A DNA stretch of 64,000 bases from an uncultured candidate division Zixibacteria bacterium (GCA_963702205.1 OY969724.1:480001-544000), one strand, 5' to 3'; positions 29,621 to 40,670 are shown, counted from the first letter of the stretch. Notes: generated by a model not told the origin, from the letters alone. Program-made: numbers and translations.

Positions 29621-32600
29621 GTGACATTTGTAATATTGCGCCCGATCTTAATATTGATGGTTTTTCTGTGGGCTTTCATGTCTGCCGGAGCGGTCGATCT
29701 TGTCAATTCAAAGCCCGGTGTGACGGATCATCCCGAGCGAATTATAATAAAAATCAACCCTTCTCTTAAAATCACGCCTCAGTTGGACAAATCCGGAAAA
29801 CCGACCCTCGGCGTTCCAGCTGTCGATTCACTTCTTAAAGGGTATGAAATATCGAGCATGGAATCGTTGTGTAATTTGACAAATATCCGTGCCGGACACG
29901 GGGATATTGACAATATAATGATCCTCGATTTTTCCGACCCGGGCAGCGCGGCGGAATTTATGGCATCGGTGCCGTCACTGGATGAGGTGTCTTACGCTCA
30001 GATTGATTACGGGGCGAAGTTGTATGATACTCCCGATGACCCGCTGTATGCTCAACAATGGTATTTGGACAATACCAGCCAGTCGTACTATACGGTCGAA
30101 ATCGTTGAAGGGTGCAATAACGACGTCCAATCCACTACCAGCGGTACACCCGACGCCGATATAGACGCCGGTGAGGTATTGTCCAATCCTCCGTCGAATA
30201 CGGTCACCGTGGTAGTCGGAATAATCGACACCGGGGTCGACATGGATCACCCCGACCTGACCGGAAAAATATGGATAAACTCCGACGAAATTCCGTCTAA
30301 CGGCATCGACGACGATCACAACGGATACGTCGACGATATTAACGGTTGGGACTTTTCCGGAGCGGGAATGGTTCCGCCGGTCGAGGATAACGATCCGACC
30401 GACACTTTCGGTCACGGCACCCACTGTGCCGGAATTATCGGAGCCGTGACGGACAACGGCACTGGCATAGCCGGCATCGCCGATGACTGCCGCATAATGC
30501 CGCTGAAGTTTTACCCGATTCTGCTGTCATCATCGGCCGCCCGGGCCGTCATTTATGCCGCCGATAATGGCGCCGATGTCATCAGCATGAGTTTCGGCTA
30601 TCCCTGGCCGGTCCCGGTTCTCGCCGATGCCCTCGCCTATGCCCGTTCCAAAGGCGTCATCTGCTGTGCCGCCAGCGGTAACGACGGTATCGAGCGCTCC
30701 AATTATCCGGCCGCCACTCCGGGTATTATTACGGTCGGCGCTTCGACCAGCACCGATTTGGTGGCTTCGTTCTCGACGTACGGTCCCTTCCTTGATTTTG
30801 TCGCACCGGGGACGTCCATTCTGTCGCTGCGGGCCGGCGGCACCGACATGTACTCCGATTGTGAACCGAACGTACACATTGTTGACACCGATTATTATCT
30901 GGCCGACGGCACCAGCATGGCCTGCCCGGTGGTTGTCGGAACGATAGCCGGACTTTTAGCCGAAGCGCCGGGCCTGACTGAAGCCGCCGCTAAATCCGCT
31001 TTGATCGCTTCCGTCTTCGATATAGTACAACCTTACGATTCCGGTAACTATCCCGGATGGGATAAGTACAGCGGTTACGGGCGCGTCGATTATAACGACG
31101 CTCGTCAGCAGCTGCCGAATTTAAGGGCGAAAATCACCGGCCCGGATCAAAACGAAATCATCTCGGGTAGTGTCCCCATATACGGTATTGCCGACGGTTC
31201 AGACTTTTCAAACTATGTCCTCGAGTACGGTTCCGGACCGAACCCGGATTCGTGGCAACAGATAGCACAATCATCGACACCGGTCACCGATGGTTCTCTC
31301 GGCTCCTGGAATACGTTGTCTCTCAACGGACAGTACACCATCCGGCTCAGAAACGGAGCGAGCAATCGGGACCAGGTTACCGTATACGTCGTCAACGGTA
31401 CTATGGCTTCGATGGACAATATTCACTCTACCGACACCCTCGACGTCTGGACATATATTATGGGTTCGGCGATATGTCCGGCTTTCAAAAATTACGTGAT
31501 CGAATATCAGGCACTATCGCCGCCGTCGGGCTGGCAGACCATAGTCAGTTCCTCCATCCCGGTCGTGGATAATCTTTTGGCCGAATGGAACCCGGTTAAT
31601 CTGGACGAGGGCGATTATAACCTTCGCCTGACGGTTAATTCACAGAGCGGTGTCGAAGCTACCGTCGATGTCGATATTTACGTACGCTCTATATTCGCAT
31701 CGGATCAGGCCTGGAAGGTGTCGCTGCCTTACGATTTATCGCCTATGGCCAATTACGGCGATTTCGATAATGATGGCGTCAATGAAATTGTTGTCAGTAC
31801 GTCGCAGGGCGTGAAGTTTTTCGATCTCGACGGCAACGAAAAAACCGAAGGTATGCCGGTGACGCCTACGTACGACGACTGGATCCCGATCGCGGTGGGT
31901 GATCTCGACGGCGACCGCATAGATGATTTCGTGACCATCGACAAGCTCAGCAGCGGACGCTTGTTCGGGTACCCGTCGAGCGAACCCTCGTTCAATGTCA
32001 ACCTCGTCCATCAGCCGGACTATTCCCAGGTCAACAACGGCGGCGAGCAGTACTATCCGTACCTGGCGCTGAAAGACATCGACGGCGACGGCCGTGACGA
32101 AATCATCACGGGTACCGGCGGGACGACGCCGTACTATGTCATCTATAATTCCGACGGTTCTTTCAAATACGAAATGAACCAGTCGTACACGGGGTTTTAT
32201 TTGTTTTTCAGTCTCGACGTCACCGGTGACAACGAGGACGAATTTTTCATGGCCGGGTCAGTCGATATGGGTCAGGCCAGCAAGCCATACGGTTTCCTGA
32301 TCAAGAGAACCGGCTGGCTTTCGGGACAACAATTTCAGCCCTTTTTTATTACGGCCGCGGACGTTGACTATGACGGGCAGCGCGAAATAATCGTCTTCGG
32401 TCCCGATCAGCAGCCCGGCGGCCACTATTGGATATACGCTTTCGAAGGCGACCTGAGCTATGTTCCGGGCTGGCCGCACGATACCGGTCTCGACAACGAT
32501 ATTATAACTTCGCCGGTGTATTTCGGGGACGTCGACACCGACGGTACGCTCGAATATTTCCTGACCATGTGGGAGCTGTCCAACTCCAATGTTTTCGCCT

Positions 32601-33265
32601 GGCACGACGACGGCTCGGCGGTCATGGGCGATTCACTGCTGGCCGTTTTCTGCGGCCCCGATAATCCCTCCATCCTGCGGGGGCCGATGATCGCCGATAT
32701 AAGCGGCGACGGTTTCCCGGACATTGTCACCGTCGCGGCCCCGGACCTTTTCGGTACGTACAATATTACCCGCCTGGTCGCCTGGGACCGGTTCGGCGAC
32801 GACCTTCCCGGTTTCCCGATCGTTACCGTCCCCGGCGGTGAATGCTGCGACAATCATTGGGTTCATACGCCGGTGATCGGGGATATAAACAAAGACGGCC
32901 ACGTCGACATGGTGCTGACTACCGGCGCCAACGATTTGATATTTATCAATTTCGAAAACAGCTTTTACCACGATTATACCGTGCCGGTTTCGACCTGGAA
33001 GTACAATCGTCGTCTGAACGGCCTCGGCCCCGTCACGTCACCGGATTTTGTCTGCGGCGACTGCGATCATGACGGGCAGGTAAATCTGGTTGACATTCTG
33101 TATCTTATCAACTATCGCTACGGCAGTCCGCCGGGCCCCAGCCCGGTGCCGCAACAGGCGGGCGACGTAAATGATGATGGTGACGTCAATCTCATTGATA
33201 TTTTGTACCTGATAGATTTCGTGTACGGCGCCCCCCACGGCCCCGCCCCGAATTGCGGGGAATAG
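29621..33265 (+). CDS. Secreted S8 subtilase with FG-GAP-like repeats and a C-terminal dockerin-like domain
   Basis: IIDTG, HGTHCAG and GTSMACP catalytic triad; GDxDxDG repeats; duplicated D-x-N/D-x-DG-x-VNL-x-DILYLI at the C-terminus. Confidence 0.9.
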   Translation: MTFVILRPILILMVFLWAFMSAGAVDLVNSKPGVTDHPERIIIKINPSLKITPQLDKSGKPTLGVPAVDSLLKGYEISSMESLCNLTNIRAGHGDIDNIMILDFSDPGSAAEFMASVPSLDEVSYAQIDYGAKLYDTPDDPLYAQQWYLDNTSQSYYTVEIVEGCNNDVQSTTSGTPDADIDAGEVLSNPPSNTVTVVVGIIDTGVDMDHPDLTGKIWINSDEIPSNGIDDDHNGYVDDINGWDFSGAGMVPPVEDNDPTDTFGHGTHCAGIIGAVTDNGTGIAGIADDCRIMPLKFYPILLSSSAARAVIYAADNGADVISMSFGYPWPVPVLADALAYARSKGVICCAASGNDGIERSNYPAATPGIITVGASTSTDLVASFSTYGPFLDFVAPGTSILSLRAGGTDMYSDCEPNVHIVDTDYYLADGTSMACPVVVGTIAGLLAEAPGLTEAAAKSALIASVFDIVQPYDSGNYPGWDKYSGYGRVDYNDARQQLPNLRAKITGPDQNEIISGSVPIYGIADGSDFSNYVLEYGSGPNPDSWQQIAQSSTPVTDGSLGSWNTLSLNGQYTIRLRNGASNRDQVTVYVVNGTMASMDNIHSTDTLDVWTYIMGSAICPAFKNYVIEYQALSPPSGWQTIVSSSIPVVDNLLAEWNPVNLDEGDYNLRLTVNSQSGVEATVDVDIYVRSIFASDQAWKVSLPYDLSPMANYGDFDNDGVNEIVVSTSQGVKFFDLDGNEKTEGMPVTPTYDDWIPIAVGDLDGDRIDDFVTIDKLSSGRLFGYPSSEPSFNVNLVHQPDYSQVNNGGEQYYPYLALKDIDGDGRDEIITGTGGTTPYYVIYNSDGSFKYEMNQSYTGFYLFFSLDVTGDNEDEFFMAGSVDMGQASKPYGFLIKRTGWLSGQQFQPFFITAADVDYDGQREIIVFGPDQQPGGHYWIYAFEGDLSYVPGWPHDTGLDNDIITSPVYFGDVDTDGTLEYFLTMWELSNSNVFAWHDDGSAVMGDSLLAVFCGPDNPSILRGPMIADISGDGFPDIVTVAAPDLFGTYNITRLVAWDRFGDDLPGFPIVTVPGGECCDNHWVHTPVIGDINKDGHVDMVLTTGANDLIFINFENSFYHDYTVPVSTWKYNRRLNGLGPVTSPDFVCGDCDHDGQVNLVDILYLINYRYGSPPGPSPVPQQAGDVNDDGDVNLIDILYLIDFVYGAPHGPAPNCGE

Positions 33266-33266
33266 T

Positions 33267-35177
33267 TTAATACCTTGTTCTTGTTGCCTTTAATCCGCTA
33301 TCCTTCAAAAATCTAGTGATGTTTCTTTCTCCGCTACCATTAACCCTGCCCATAAATCGCTGATCCCCGGTCCTTTTATCACAATAGGTTAAGAATAGCT
33401 TATGCCTCGTTCTTGTTATCGAAACGTATAATAGCCGCCGCTCATCTTCAATATTTTCCTCAATATTTTTCCCAGGTATTATCTCATCTTCTACTGCTAC
33501 TATAATTACAATATCAGCGCTTAGTCCTTTAGCTCTGTGCATAGTCATTACATTTACTGCGCCAGCAGTAAGTTCTTGTTCTGCCTTTGTAATTGTCATC
33601 GTTTGCACGTTTATTAATTCTGCAAATGTACTAACTTGAAATTCATTAATAATCCTATTTAAATATTGCTTAACTTTTTTCCTAATTCCCTTATCTATAA
33701 TTGCAATTTTAATCAATTTGGCCACTTTCTCAATAAATGGCCCATCCAAATTTATAATTTCGTTTTTATAGGCAATGATTTCACTGATCCGATTAGTTAC
33801 CCTTTTTGGATATTCAAGGATATTACCCTCGCAAATATTTTTAACTATATAACCAAAACGTTTAGCCCTTTTTGTTGCGTCCTTTCTCATAGAATCCAAA
33901 GTTGTTTTTCCTATACCGCTCGACGCATTTAGTAATGTATACCATGCAAGACTATCCCACTCATCACAAAATATTCTTATGTAAGCGAATAATACGATCA
34001 TATATTGATCTAATTCATTTTGTTCTGTCTTTATTGCACAATCAATGTCATAATCATTGCATTTATCAACAATTGGTCTTGATAATCTCGACAAATGATC
34101 GCTACGCATTAAAATCAATATTGTACTATTTGGGTCATTCCTTAATTCGTCATGACATTTATTGGCAATCCATTTTGCTTCTTTAATTTGATCATCAAAG
34201 CTCCAGAGCTCAACTGTACCATTGTCGGCGTCAGGACGCGCACTTACATTCTTTTCCAATCTTTCTGGATCCAACGAAGCGACAAAATCGGCTAATTCCA
34301 ATATACTTTTATCACATCTATAACAAGTATTAAGCTCAAACGTCTTGGCGGAATATTCCTTTGAATATTTCCTTATGCCATCAGGATTCGCATATCTAAA
34401 ACCATAAATACTCTGGTCATCATCGCCTGCCACAAAGATTTCTGACCCTCTATCTTTCAATTCTTTTATCACCGCGAGATCACAGCTATTTAAGTCTTGA
34501 TATTCATCAATTATTACATATTTGTATTTTTTCTCCAGCGTAAATCGCGAGTCTTGTTCCAATGCTTTTTTTAATTGATAAACTAGTTCACTTCTTAATG
34601 TATATCCAAATATATCTCTATGGGTATTCCATGCTCCTATAAATTGGGCATTTCTACATATATGATCATTTTGGGGCAAATCTATTTTCAAAGTCTCCCA
34701 GTCCGCTGATAATTGACTGAATAACTTTCTAATCTTTCTTAATTTGCTTTTAATGTTGGGCAAGACCTTAACCAAATGATTACTTAAATCATGTTTCAAA
34801 TTATCAAAAATAATATTTTCTTCTTCCCAATCATCGGCAATTCTAATAGGCCTTGGAAGTCGTTTTATTCTATGGCCATTCTTTATAATTTGCCTTAGTG
34901 CAAATGAATGCAATGTTGAAACGTAAGGGAAACCTTTCCCCAATTCTTCAAGTTCTTTGTTAACTTCTTGCCTAAGCTCCAGTGCACCTATTCTAGTAAA
35001 TGTCAATATTAATATATCGGAGGGTTTGACTTTATGGGAATAAATTAAGGAATATACTCTTCTGATTAATGTAAGGCTTTTTCCCGTGCCCGGACCAGAT
35101 AACAATAGGGCGTTTCTGCCATAATGTGACGCCGCATTAAGTTGATCGGTTGAGAGGCTTTTTTCCCAATTTTTCAT
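33267..35177 (-). CDS. UvrD/Rep-family SF1 helicase, AT-rich (likely horizontally acquired)
   Basis: GPGTGKS, TLHSF, DEYQD, GDDDQSIYGFR, TMHRAKGL and ERRLLYVSITR motifs; abrupt AT-rich composition. Confidence 0.88.
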   Translation of the reverse strand: MKNWEKSLSTDQLNAASHYGRNALLLSGPGTGKSLTLIRRVYSLIYSHKVKPSDILILTFTRIGALELRQEVNKELEELGKGFPYVSTLHSFALRQIIKNGHRIKRLPRPIRIADDWEEENIIFDNLKHDLSNHLVKVLPNIKSKLRKIRKLFSQLSADWETLKIDLPQNDHICRNAQFIGAWNTHRDIFGYTLRSELVYQLKKALEQDSRFTLEKKYKYVIIDEYQDLNSCDLAVIKELKDRGSEIFVAGDDDQSIYGFRYANPDGIRKYSKEYSAKTFELNTCYRCDKSILELADFVASLDPERLEKNVSARPDADNGTVELWSFDDQIKEAKWIANKCHDELRNDPNSTILILMRSDHLSRLSRPIVDKCNDYDIDCAIKTEQNELDQYMIVLFAYIRIFCDEWDSLAWYTLLNASSGIGKTTLDSMRKDATKRAKRFGYIVKNICEGNILEYPKRVTNRISEIIAYKNEIINLDGPFIEKVAKLIKIAIIDKGIRKKVKQYLNRIINEFQVSTFAELINVQTMTITKAEQELTAGAVNVMTMHRAKGLSADIVIIVAVEDEIIPGKNIEENIEDERRLLYVSITRTRHKLFLTYCDKRTGDQRFMGRVNGSGERNITRFLKDSGLKATRTRY

Positions 35178-35271
35178 AAAACCCCGATCTAGATATTCTT
35201 TTTAATACTAATTGCATTGACGATTTAATGCAAGCATAAAAACAATGTATATATAAATATCAAAACGTTTT

Positions 35272-36363
35272 TCACCGGCTCTTGCGGCGGTGGGTCATGA
35301 AATCATAGAAAATATAACTACCCAGGTTCTGGGCCGATGAAAAGTACGCCCGGCCGCGATTCAGTTCCGTCAGCTTGCGGACGAACTCCTGAAGATATGG
35401 ATCGTCGGTTATCATAAAAGTCGTAATCGGGATCTTCTTCTTACGGCAGACGATCGCTTCATCCAGAGTACGGTTCACTATCACCGGATCGAGCCCGACC
35501 GGATTTTTATACACGCGACCGGTATTGCGGACGATCATCGACGGTTTCCCGTCGGTAATCATGAAAATCTGCTTGTTGGCGTTCTTGCGCCGCAGAAGAA
35601 TGTTGCGGGCCATCTGAAGTCCCGCCTTGGTGTTGGTCATATACGGCCCGACGCCGACGTACGGCAGGTCTTTGACCTGCACCTCGCGGGCGTCATCGCC
35701 GAACAGTACTATATTTAGACTGTCGTGCGGATACTTGGTCATGATCATCTCGGCGAAAGCCATCGCGACCTGCTTGGCGGGCGTGATGCGGTCCTCACCG
35801 TATAAAATCATCGAATGCGAAATATCCAGCAGCACCACCGTCGCCGTGCTGGTGTTCTGCGAAGTATCGCGCACTTCGAGATCATCCTCGGACAGGTTCA
35901 TCCCCAGCGACCCCGACCGTACAATCGAATTAAAGAGCGACCCGGTTAAGTCGAGCGCCGCGAAATCGTCGCCGTAGACGTACGGCCTCTTTTCTTCGAG
36001 CTGTTCGACCGATTCACCGCCGCCAAAAGCCGTCTTGTGGTCGCCCGGCCCGGAGCGTTTGATATGCTCGAACACCTGCTCGAAAGCATCGCGCCTCAGT
36101 CCCCGCTCTCCTTTGCGGGTCAGGTTCGGTCCGGATTTGTCCCACCGGACCACGCCCTGCTTCTCCAGTTCCTTCTCGAACTCGTCGATATCGTATTCCC
36201 CGGGAATAATGCCCATATTCTGAAGCTGACGCATCAGCTTAAGAGCCAGTTTGACTTTGCCGTTGACCTGCAGCAGCAGGTAGTTGAAAATGGCCATGAG
36301 GCTTTTCATGTCCTTTAGCTGCTGCATAAGGGCATCGTCCCATCGCGAGTACAGAAAACGCAC
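35272..36363 (-). CDS. VWA-domain protein
   Basis: MIDAS DISHSM; TNT and ITDGKPS motifs; GTG start 2 bp after the ATPase stop. Confidence 0.85.
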   Translation of the reverse strand: MRFLYSRWDDALMQQLKDMKSLMAIFNYLLLQVNGKVKLALKLMRQLQNMGIIPGEYDIDEFEKELEKQGVVRWDKSGPNLTRKGERGLRRDAFEQVFEHIKRSGPGDHKTAFGGGESVEQLEEKRPYVYGDDFAALDLTGSLFNSIVRSGSLGMNLSEDDLEVRDTSQNTSTATVVLLDISHSMILYGEDRITPAKQVAMAFAEMIMTKYPHDSLNIVLFGDDAREVQVKDLPYVGVGPYMTNTKAGLQMARNILLRRKNANKQIFMITDGKPSMIVRNTGRVYKNPVGLDPVIVNRTLDEAIVCRKKKIPITTFMITDDPYLQEFVRKLTELNRGRAYFSSAQNLGSYIFYDFMTHRRKSR

Positions 36364-36365
36364 GG

Positions 36366-37829
36366 TTAATTCCTCAAAATGTTTTGAATCATATCGGTAT
36401 ATATGAACTTATTGTCCGGCGATTCCTTGGCGATGACATTGTACCGGTGCAGGCCCTCGAGGATGAATTCCATCATCAGGTACGTTTCCTGGTCGTCTTT
36501 CGTTTTGTACAGGCTCTGAGCCAGTTTTTTCAGACCGGCGATTTCATCGAGCTTTTGTTTGTACTCATCGTACGGCGTCTCATCCGACAGCTCCAGCGAC
36601 TTGCCCGACGAGAAAAAGTCGGTCACCGCTTCGTAGACATTCTCCCGTGGTGCTAAATCTTCATTTTGCGGTCTTTCTTTGATCGGCGGCGGCAGGTGCC
36701 GGGAGAATACCGTTTTGATTGCCTCACCGATCAGATTTATGGCCAGAATGGTCGGACCCTCGAGCTCTCCCTCATAGACCAGCTCGACTTTCCCGACAAT
36801 CGATGCAATCACGGAGTACAGATCGCAAATGCGCGGGAAAAGGTCTTCTTCACCGTTGATGGCGGCGCGGCGTTCAATATTGGAAATAAGATTCTCATAA
36901 GCCGAAATCGGCAGGCGCGCCGAAACGCCCGAAGACTGATCGACATATTCGCTCTGGCGCGCTTCAAACGCGATCTGCTCGATAATATCGCGAATTATAT
37001 CGGGAATATAAACCTCTCGTCCGCGATCGGCCCACGCTTCCTGCACCGTGATCTTTTTCGCTTCGGAAATACTGTTGGGATAATGCGTGTTGATCTGCGA
37101 TGCAATCCGGTCTTTGAGCGGCGTGATGATATTACCCCGGTTGGTGTAATCTTCGGGATTGGCAGTAAACACCAGCATTATATCCAGAGGAACACGAATC
37201 GGAAAGCCGCGAATCTGAAGGTCGTTTTCTTCCAGGATATTCAAAAGCGAGACCTGTATGCGGGGCTGAAGGTCGGGCAGTTCGTTGATGGCGAAAATTC
37301 CCCGGTTGGTGCGCGGGATAATACCCCAATGAATGACTTCTTCATCGGACAGGTCCAGTTTCTCGCGCACGGCCTTGATCGGGTCGATATCACCGATCAA
37401 GTCACCGACCGAAACATCCGGCGTCGCCAGCTTTTCATGATAGCGCTCGTCCCGGTGCAGCCAGTCGATTTCGAGTTTATCGCCAAGTTCGGCGGCCAGT
37501 TTCTTATACCGCGCCGAAATTGGCGCCAACGGATTTTCATTCAACTTGCTGCCTTTGATGATCGGGATATATTCGTCGAGGAAATGCACCAACTGGCGGC
37601 AAATGCGCGTCTTGGCCTGTCCGCGAAGGCCGAGCAAAATGATATCGTGTCGCGATAATATCGCGTTTTCCAGCTGCGGCAGGACCGAGCGATCGTAACC
37701 GACTATACCGGGAAAACGCGGCTTGCCGTCCTTTATCTGTTCGATCAGATTTTTACGAAGCTCATCCTTTACCGAAAGGGGTGTGTATCCCGCTTTCTTC
37801 AATTCACCTGACGATTTAACTGCCTTCAT
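36366..37829 (-). CDS. Mg-chelatase/MoxR-like AAA+ ATPase, partner of the VWA protein
   Basis: GLRGQAKT (Walker A variant), INELPDL, TANPEDY and PLKDRI motifs. Confidence 0.83.
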   Translation of the reverse strand: MKAVKSSGELKKAGYTPLSVKDELRKNLIEQIKDGKPRFPGIVGYDRSVLPQLENAILSRHDIILLGLRGQAKTRICRQLVHFLDEYIPIIKGSKLNENPLAPISARYKKLAAELGDKLEIDWLHRDERYHEKLATPDVSVGDLIGDIDPIKAVREKLDLSDEEVIHWGIIPRTNRGIFAINELPDLQPRIQVSLLNILEENDLQIRGFPIRVPLDIMLVFTANPEDYTNRGNIITPLKDRIASQINTHYPNSISEAKKITVQEAWADRGREVYIPDIIRDIIEQIAFEARQSEYVDQSSGVSARLPISAYENLISNIERRAAINGEEDLFPRICDLYSVIASIVGKVELVYEGELEGPTILAINLIGEAIKTVFSRHLPPPIKERPQNEDLAPRENVYEAVTDFFSSGKSLELSDETPYDEYKQKLDEIAGLKKLAQSLYKTKDDQETYLMMEFILEGLHRYNVIAKESPDNKFIYTDMIQNILRN

Positions 37830-38074
37830 ATTCAAAATCCTGTTTAATTGTCCATTGTCTGTTTACTTCAATAACAACATCTGCCCCCGGTCGGTTCGTA
37901 TTATTGCCCGACGGCGCGTTATAAATACGAAGACAATCGCAATTTGCGACGGTATTGCGGTTAAATTGCAATCAGGAAAATATAAAGGCAGGTGCCTGAG
38001 GGGACCTGACACCCGCCTTATGGTGAGCCGCCCGGGCGGGCGGCTCGGTGGTGGAATCCCGTTAGGGATGGATG

Positions 38075-40309
38075 TTAGTTTAATGTCTCCGACAAACCGT
38101 AGCGTTTCATCTTCGCCCGGAATGTCGATTCGTGGATGTTTAACAATCGCGCCGCCTGTGACTTATTGCCTCCGGCCGTAACCAGGGCTTCGGTCAGGAG
38201 ACGCTTTTCAAATTGTTCGACTCGCTCGAACAGCGAACGTGTTTCTTCTTCGCGTTTTTCGTCGAAGAATGACCGGGCCAGTTCGAGATACGATCCGTCC
38301 TGGGCCATCGACGACAGCGCCGCCAGTTGCTTGACGCGGTTTTCCAGCTGTCGGACGTTGCCGGGCCAGTCGAATTCGACAAAGCGCTGCACCAGTTCCG
38401 GCTCCGGACCGCTGCCGTTGAGCATGTTGCGACGACGCATGAAGAGCTCCAAAAGTTGCGGAATGTCTTCCTTGCGCTCACGCAGCGGCGGAAGTTCGAA
38501 AGTGACACCGGCCAGACGATAGTACAAATCGCGACGAAAAGTGCCGGCCTCGACCATATCCGCCAGGTTGCGATTGGTGGCGGCGATGATAATAATGTCC
38601 AGCTTTATTTCGTCGGTACTGCCCAGCGGACGCAGCCTCCTGGATTCGATGACGTTCAGCAGCTTGGCCTGAAGTATCAGCGGCAGCTCGCCGATTTCAT
38701 CGAGAAGCAACACCCCGCCGTTGGCCTCGACAAAAAGTCCGGGCTGCGATGTATCCGCACCCGTGAACGCGCCGCGATGGTGCCCGAAAAGCTCCGATTC
38801 TATCAGAGTTTCGGGAAGAGCCGCGCAGTTGATGGCGACGTACGGTTTATCCGGCCGCGTGATTGAATGGAAATACCGCGCCAGGTAATCCTTGCCCGTC
38901 CCGGTTTCTCCCGTTAAAAGAATCGGGATATCCGTGTGGCGCAGCAGGTTCATCTGCCGGATAATCTGCTGCATGCGTTCGTTTTTGGTCGGAAATTCAC
39001 TGGCTTTTTCATTTGCTTGAGATTCTTTGGCCGAAGGAACCGCTACTTCGCAATCCCCAATCAACCTTTGTATCCCGAGCGCCTGTGCATCCAGACCGCA
39101 TTTATGATAGCGATCCTCGGCCCGGCAGAGATACATCATCTTTTGTCCGGACGTGAAGATTTCCGCGACACCGGCGTTGGCCAGCGTCTCGGCCAGCTCA
39201 AACGCGGCCTGACAATCTTCAAGGATGTTAATGGCGCGCCGGTATGATTCCCGCGCGGAGTCGACATGACCCAGGTTCAACTGGCATTCGGCGACTATGC
39301 GCGAGAGCGCCCCGATCTCGATAGTATCGTTGAGCTTTCGGAACAATACCAGGGCCTTGTTGGCGGTCGCCAGCGCCTTGCGATAATTGCCTCGGGTCAG
39401 CGATACCTCGGCCAGATGCCGTAACGGGCGGGCACTTAAAAACGACTGCGAGGCTATGCGTGAACCCTGCGCAAACGCCCTAATAAGAGTCTTTTCCGCC
39501 TCGTCGAGACGCCCTTCCTTGATAGCCAGTTCACCGGCGTACGTAAAATACATTACTTCTTCACGGTCCATCTTGTTGGAGCGGATATATTCATAACCGC
39601 GATCCAGCGACATGGCCGCACTGTCGAATTTGAGCTGCTGAATCTGGACGTAGCCCAGAGATAAATAGGCCCGGGCCAGATCTGTTTCATTATCGAACTC
39701 ATGCGACAGCTCGATATTCATCCGAATATTATCTTCGGCCTGGTCGAGTTTGCCCAGAAGGGTGTAAACACGACCGATGTTACCGAAAAGACAGGCAAGT
39801 CGTTTTTTATCACCGGCGCCTTTGGCCGATTCGACCGCATTTAAAAGATATTCCAGGGAACGATTGAGGTCGCCCCTGAAAAAATGGACTCCGGCCAGCC
39901 GATTGAGGGCCCGGCCGGTTCCGGAGATATTACCGTTTCGCCTGAATATCGATTCTGCATCGCGGAAAGACCGAACAGCTTCATCGTAGTTGCCCATATC
40001 TCGGAGGAGGTTTCCGAGAATAATATAACATTCAGCCAATTGGTCAGCTTCTCCTGAAGCATTAGAAATGACGGCTATAGCGCTTCTTATAAGTTGCAGC
40101 GCCTTGGGGAACTTGTGCGATGAGCCGTAGGCATTGGCCGCAAGACGCAAAATCATACCGCTCTCAATATCGTTGCCCGATATGACAGAGTCTGCCAGGG
40201 ATTCGAAATACTTGACGGCCTCGGCAAAATTGCGGTTGGCCACCAGGTTTTCCAAATACTTCAGGCAGCTGGCGCGGTACGTCTGTTCTGCGCTTACTGC
40301 ATGACTCAT
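38075..40309 (-). CDS. TPR-repeat sigma54-dependent enhancer-binding protein with Fis-type HTH
   Basis: About 420 aa of TPR-like helices; GETGTGK, ESELFGH, GAFTGA, LDEIGE, FRRDLYYRL and WPGNVRQL motifs; C-terminal HTH. Confidence 0.9.
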   Translation of the reverse strand: MSHAVSAEQTYRASCLKYLENLVANRNFAEAVKYFESLADSVISGNDIESGMILRLAANAYGSSHKFPKALQLIRSAIAVISNASGEADQLAECYIILGNLLRDMGNYDEAVRSFRDAESIFRRNGNISGTGRALNRLAGVHFFRGDLNRSLEYLLNAVESAKGAGDKKRLACLFGNIGRVYTLLGKLDQAEDNIRMNIELSHEFDNETDLARAYLSLGYVQIQQLKFDSAAMSLDRGYEYIRSNKMDREEVMYFTYAGELAIKEGRLDEAEKTLIRAFAQGSRIASQSFLSARPLRHLAEVSLTRGNYRKALATANKALVLFRKLNDTIEIGALSRIVAECQLNLGHVDSARESYRRAINILEDCQAAFELAETLANAGVAEIFTSGQKMMYLCRAEDRYHKCGLDAQALGIQRLIGDCEVAVPSAKESQANEKASEFPTKNERMQQIIRQMNLLRHTDIPILLTGETGTGKDYLARYFHSITRPDKPYVAINCAALPETLIESELFGHHRGAFTGADTSQPGLFVEANGGVLLLDEIGELPLILQAKLLNVIESRRLRPLGSTDEIKLDIIIIAATNRNLADMVEAGTFRRDLYYRLAGVTFELPPLRERKEDIPQLLELFMRRRNMLNGSGPEPELVQRFVEFDWPGNVRQLENRVKQLAALSSMAQDGSYLELARSFFDEKREEETRSLFERVEQFEKRLLTEALVTAGGNKSQAARLLNIHESTFRAKMKRYGLSETLN

Positions 40310-40310
40310 A

Positions 40311-40670
40311 TTAATTCCCTTTCCCCGTAAGTGGACTTCCCGTCGATGTATTGGTGCTGCCCGACGAATTCTGCGTATCCTGCAGCTTGGTAGGGGTCGG
40401 CGTCGAATCGACGTTGGCGCTGAATATAATTATGAATCCAAAAGTGCCGCTCAGGTCGAAATAGAAATACTGACCCGGGGCCGTGCTGTACGTGCCGCCG
40501 GTATTATTGCCGTTATCAACGTAGAGTCCATCACCGCCCCACGGGTGCTCGTCCGTATCGGGTTCAATCCCGAGTCTGTTGACTATGGGATTGTAAGCCC
40601 CGAATGAGGTCGCCGCGATGGCCAGAACCATCACGACAACCATGCCAAAAATTGGAAGATACTTTTTCAT
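40311..40670 (-). CDS. Small secreted protein with a DEHPWGGD motif, coupled to the TPR-bEBP gene
   Basis: GAGGAG RBS; signal peptide; stop and downstream start separated by 1 nt (TAA T ATG). Confidence 0.7.
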   Translation of the reverse strand: MKKYLPIFGMVVVMVLAIAATSFGAYNPIVNRLGIEPDTDEHPWGGDGLYVDNGNNTGGTYSTAPGQYFYFDLSGTFGFIIIFSANVDSTPTPTKLQDTQNSSGSTNTSTGSPLTGKGN

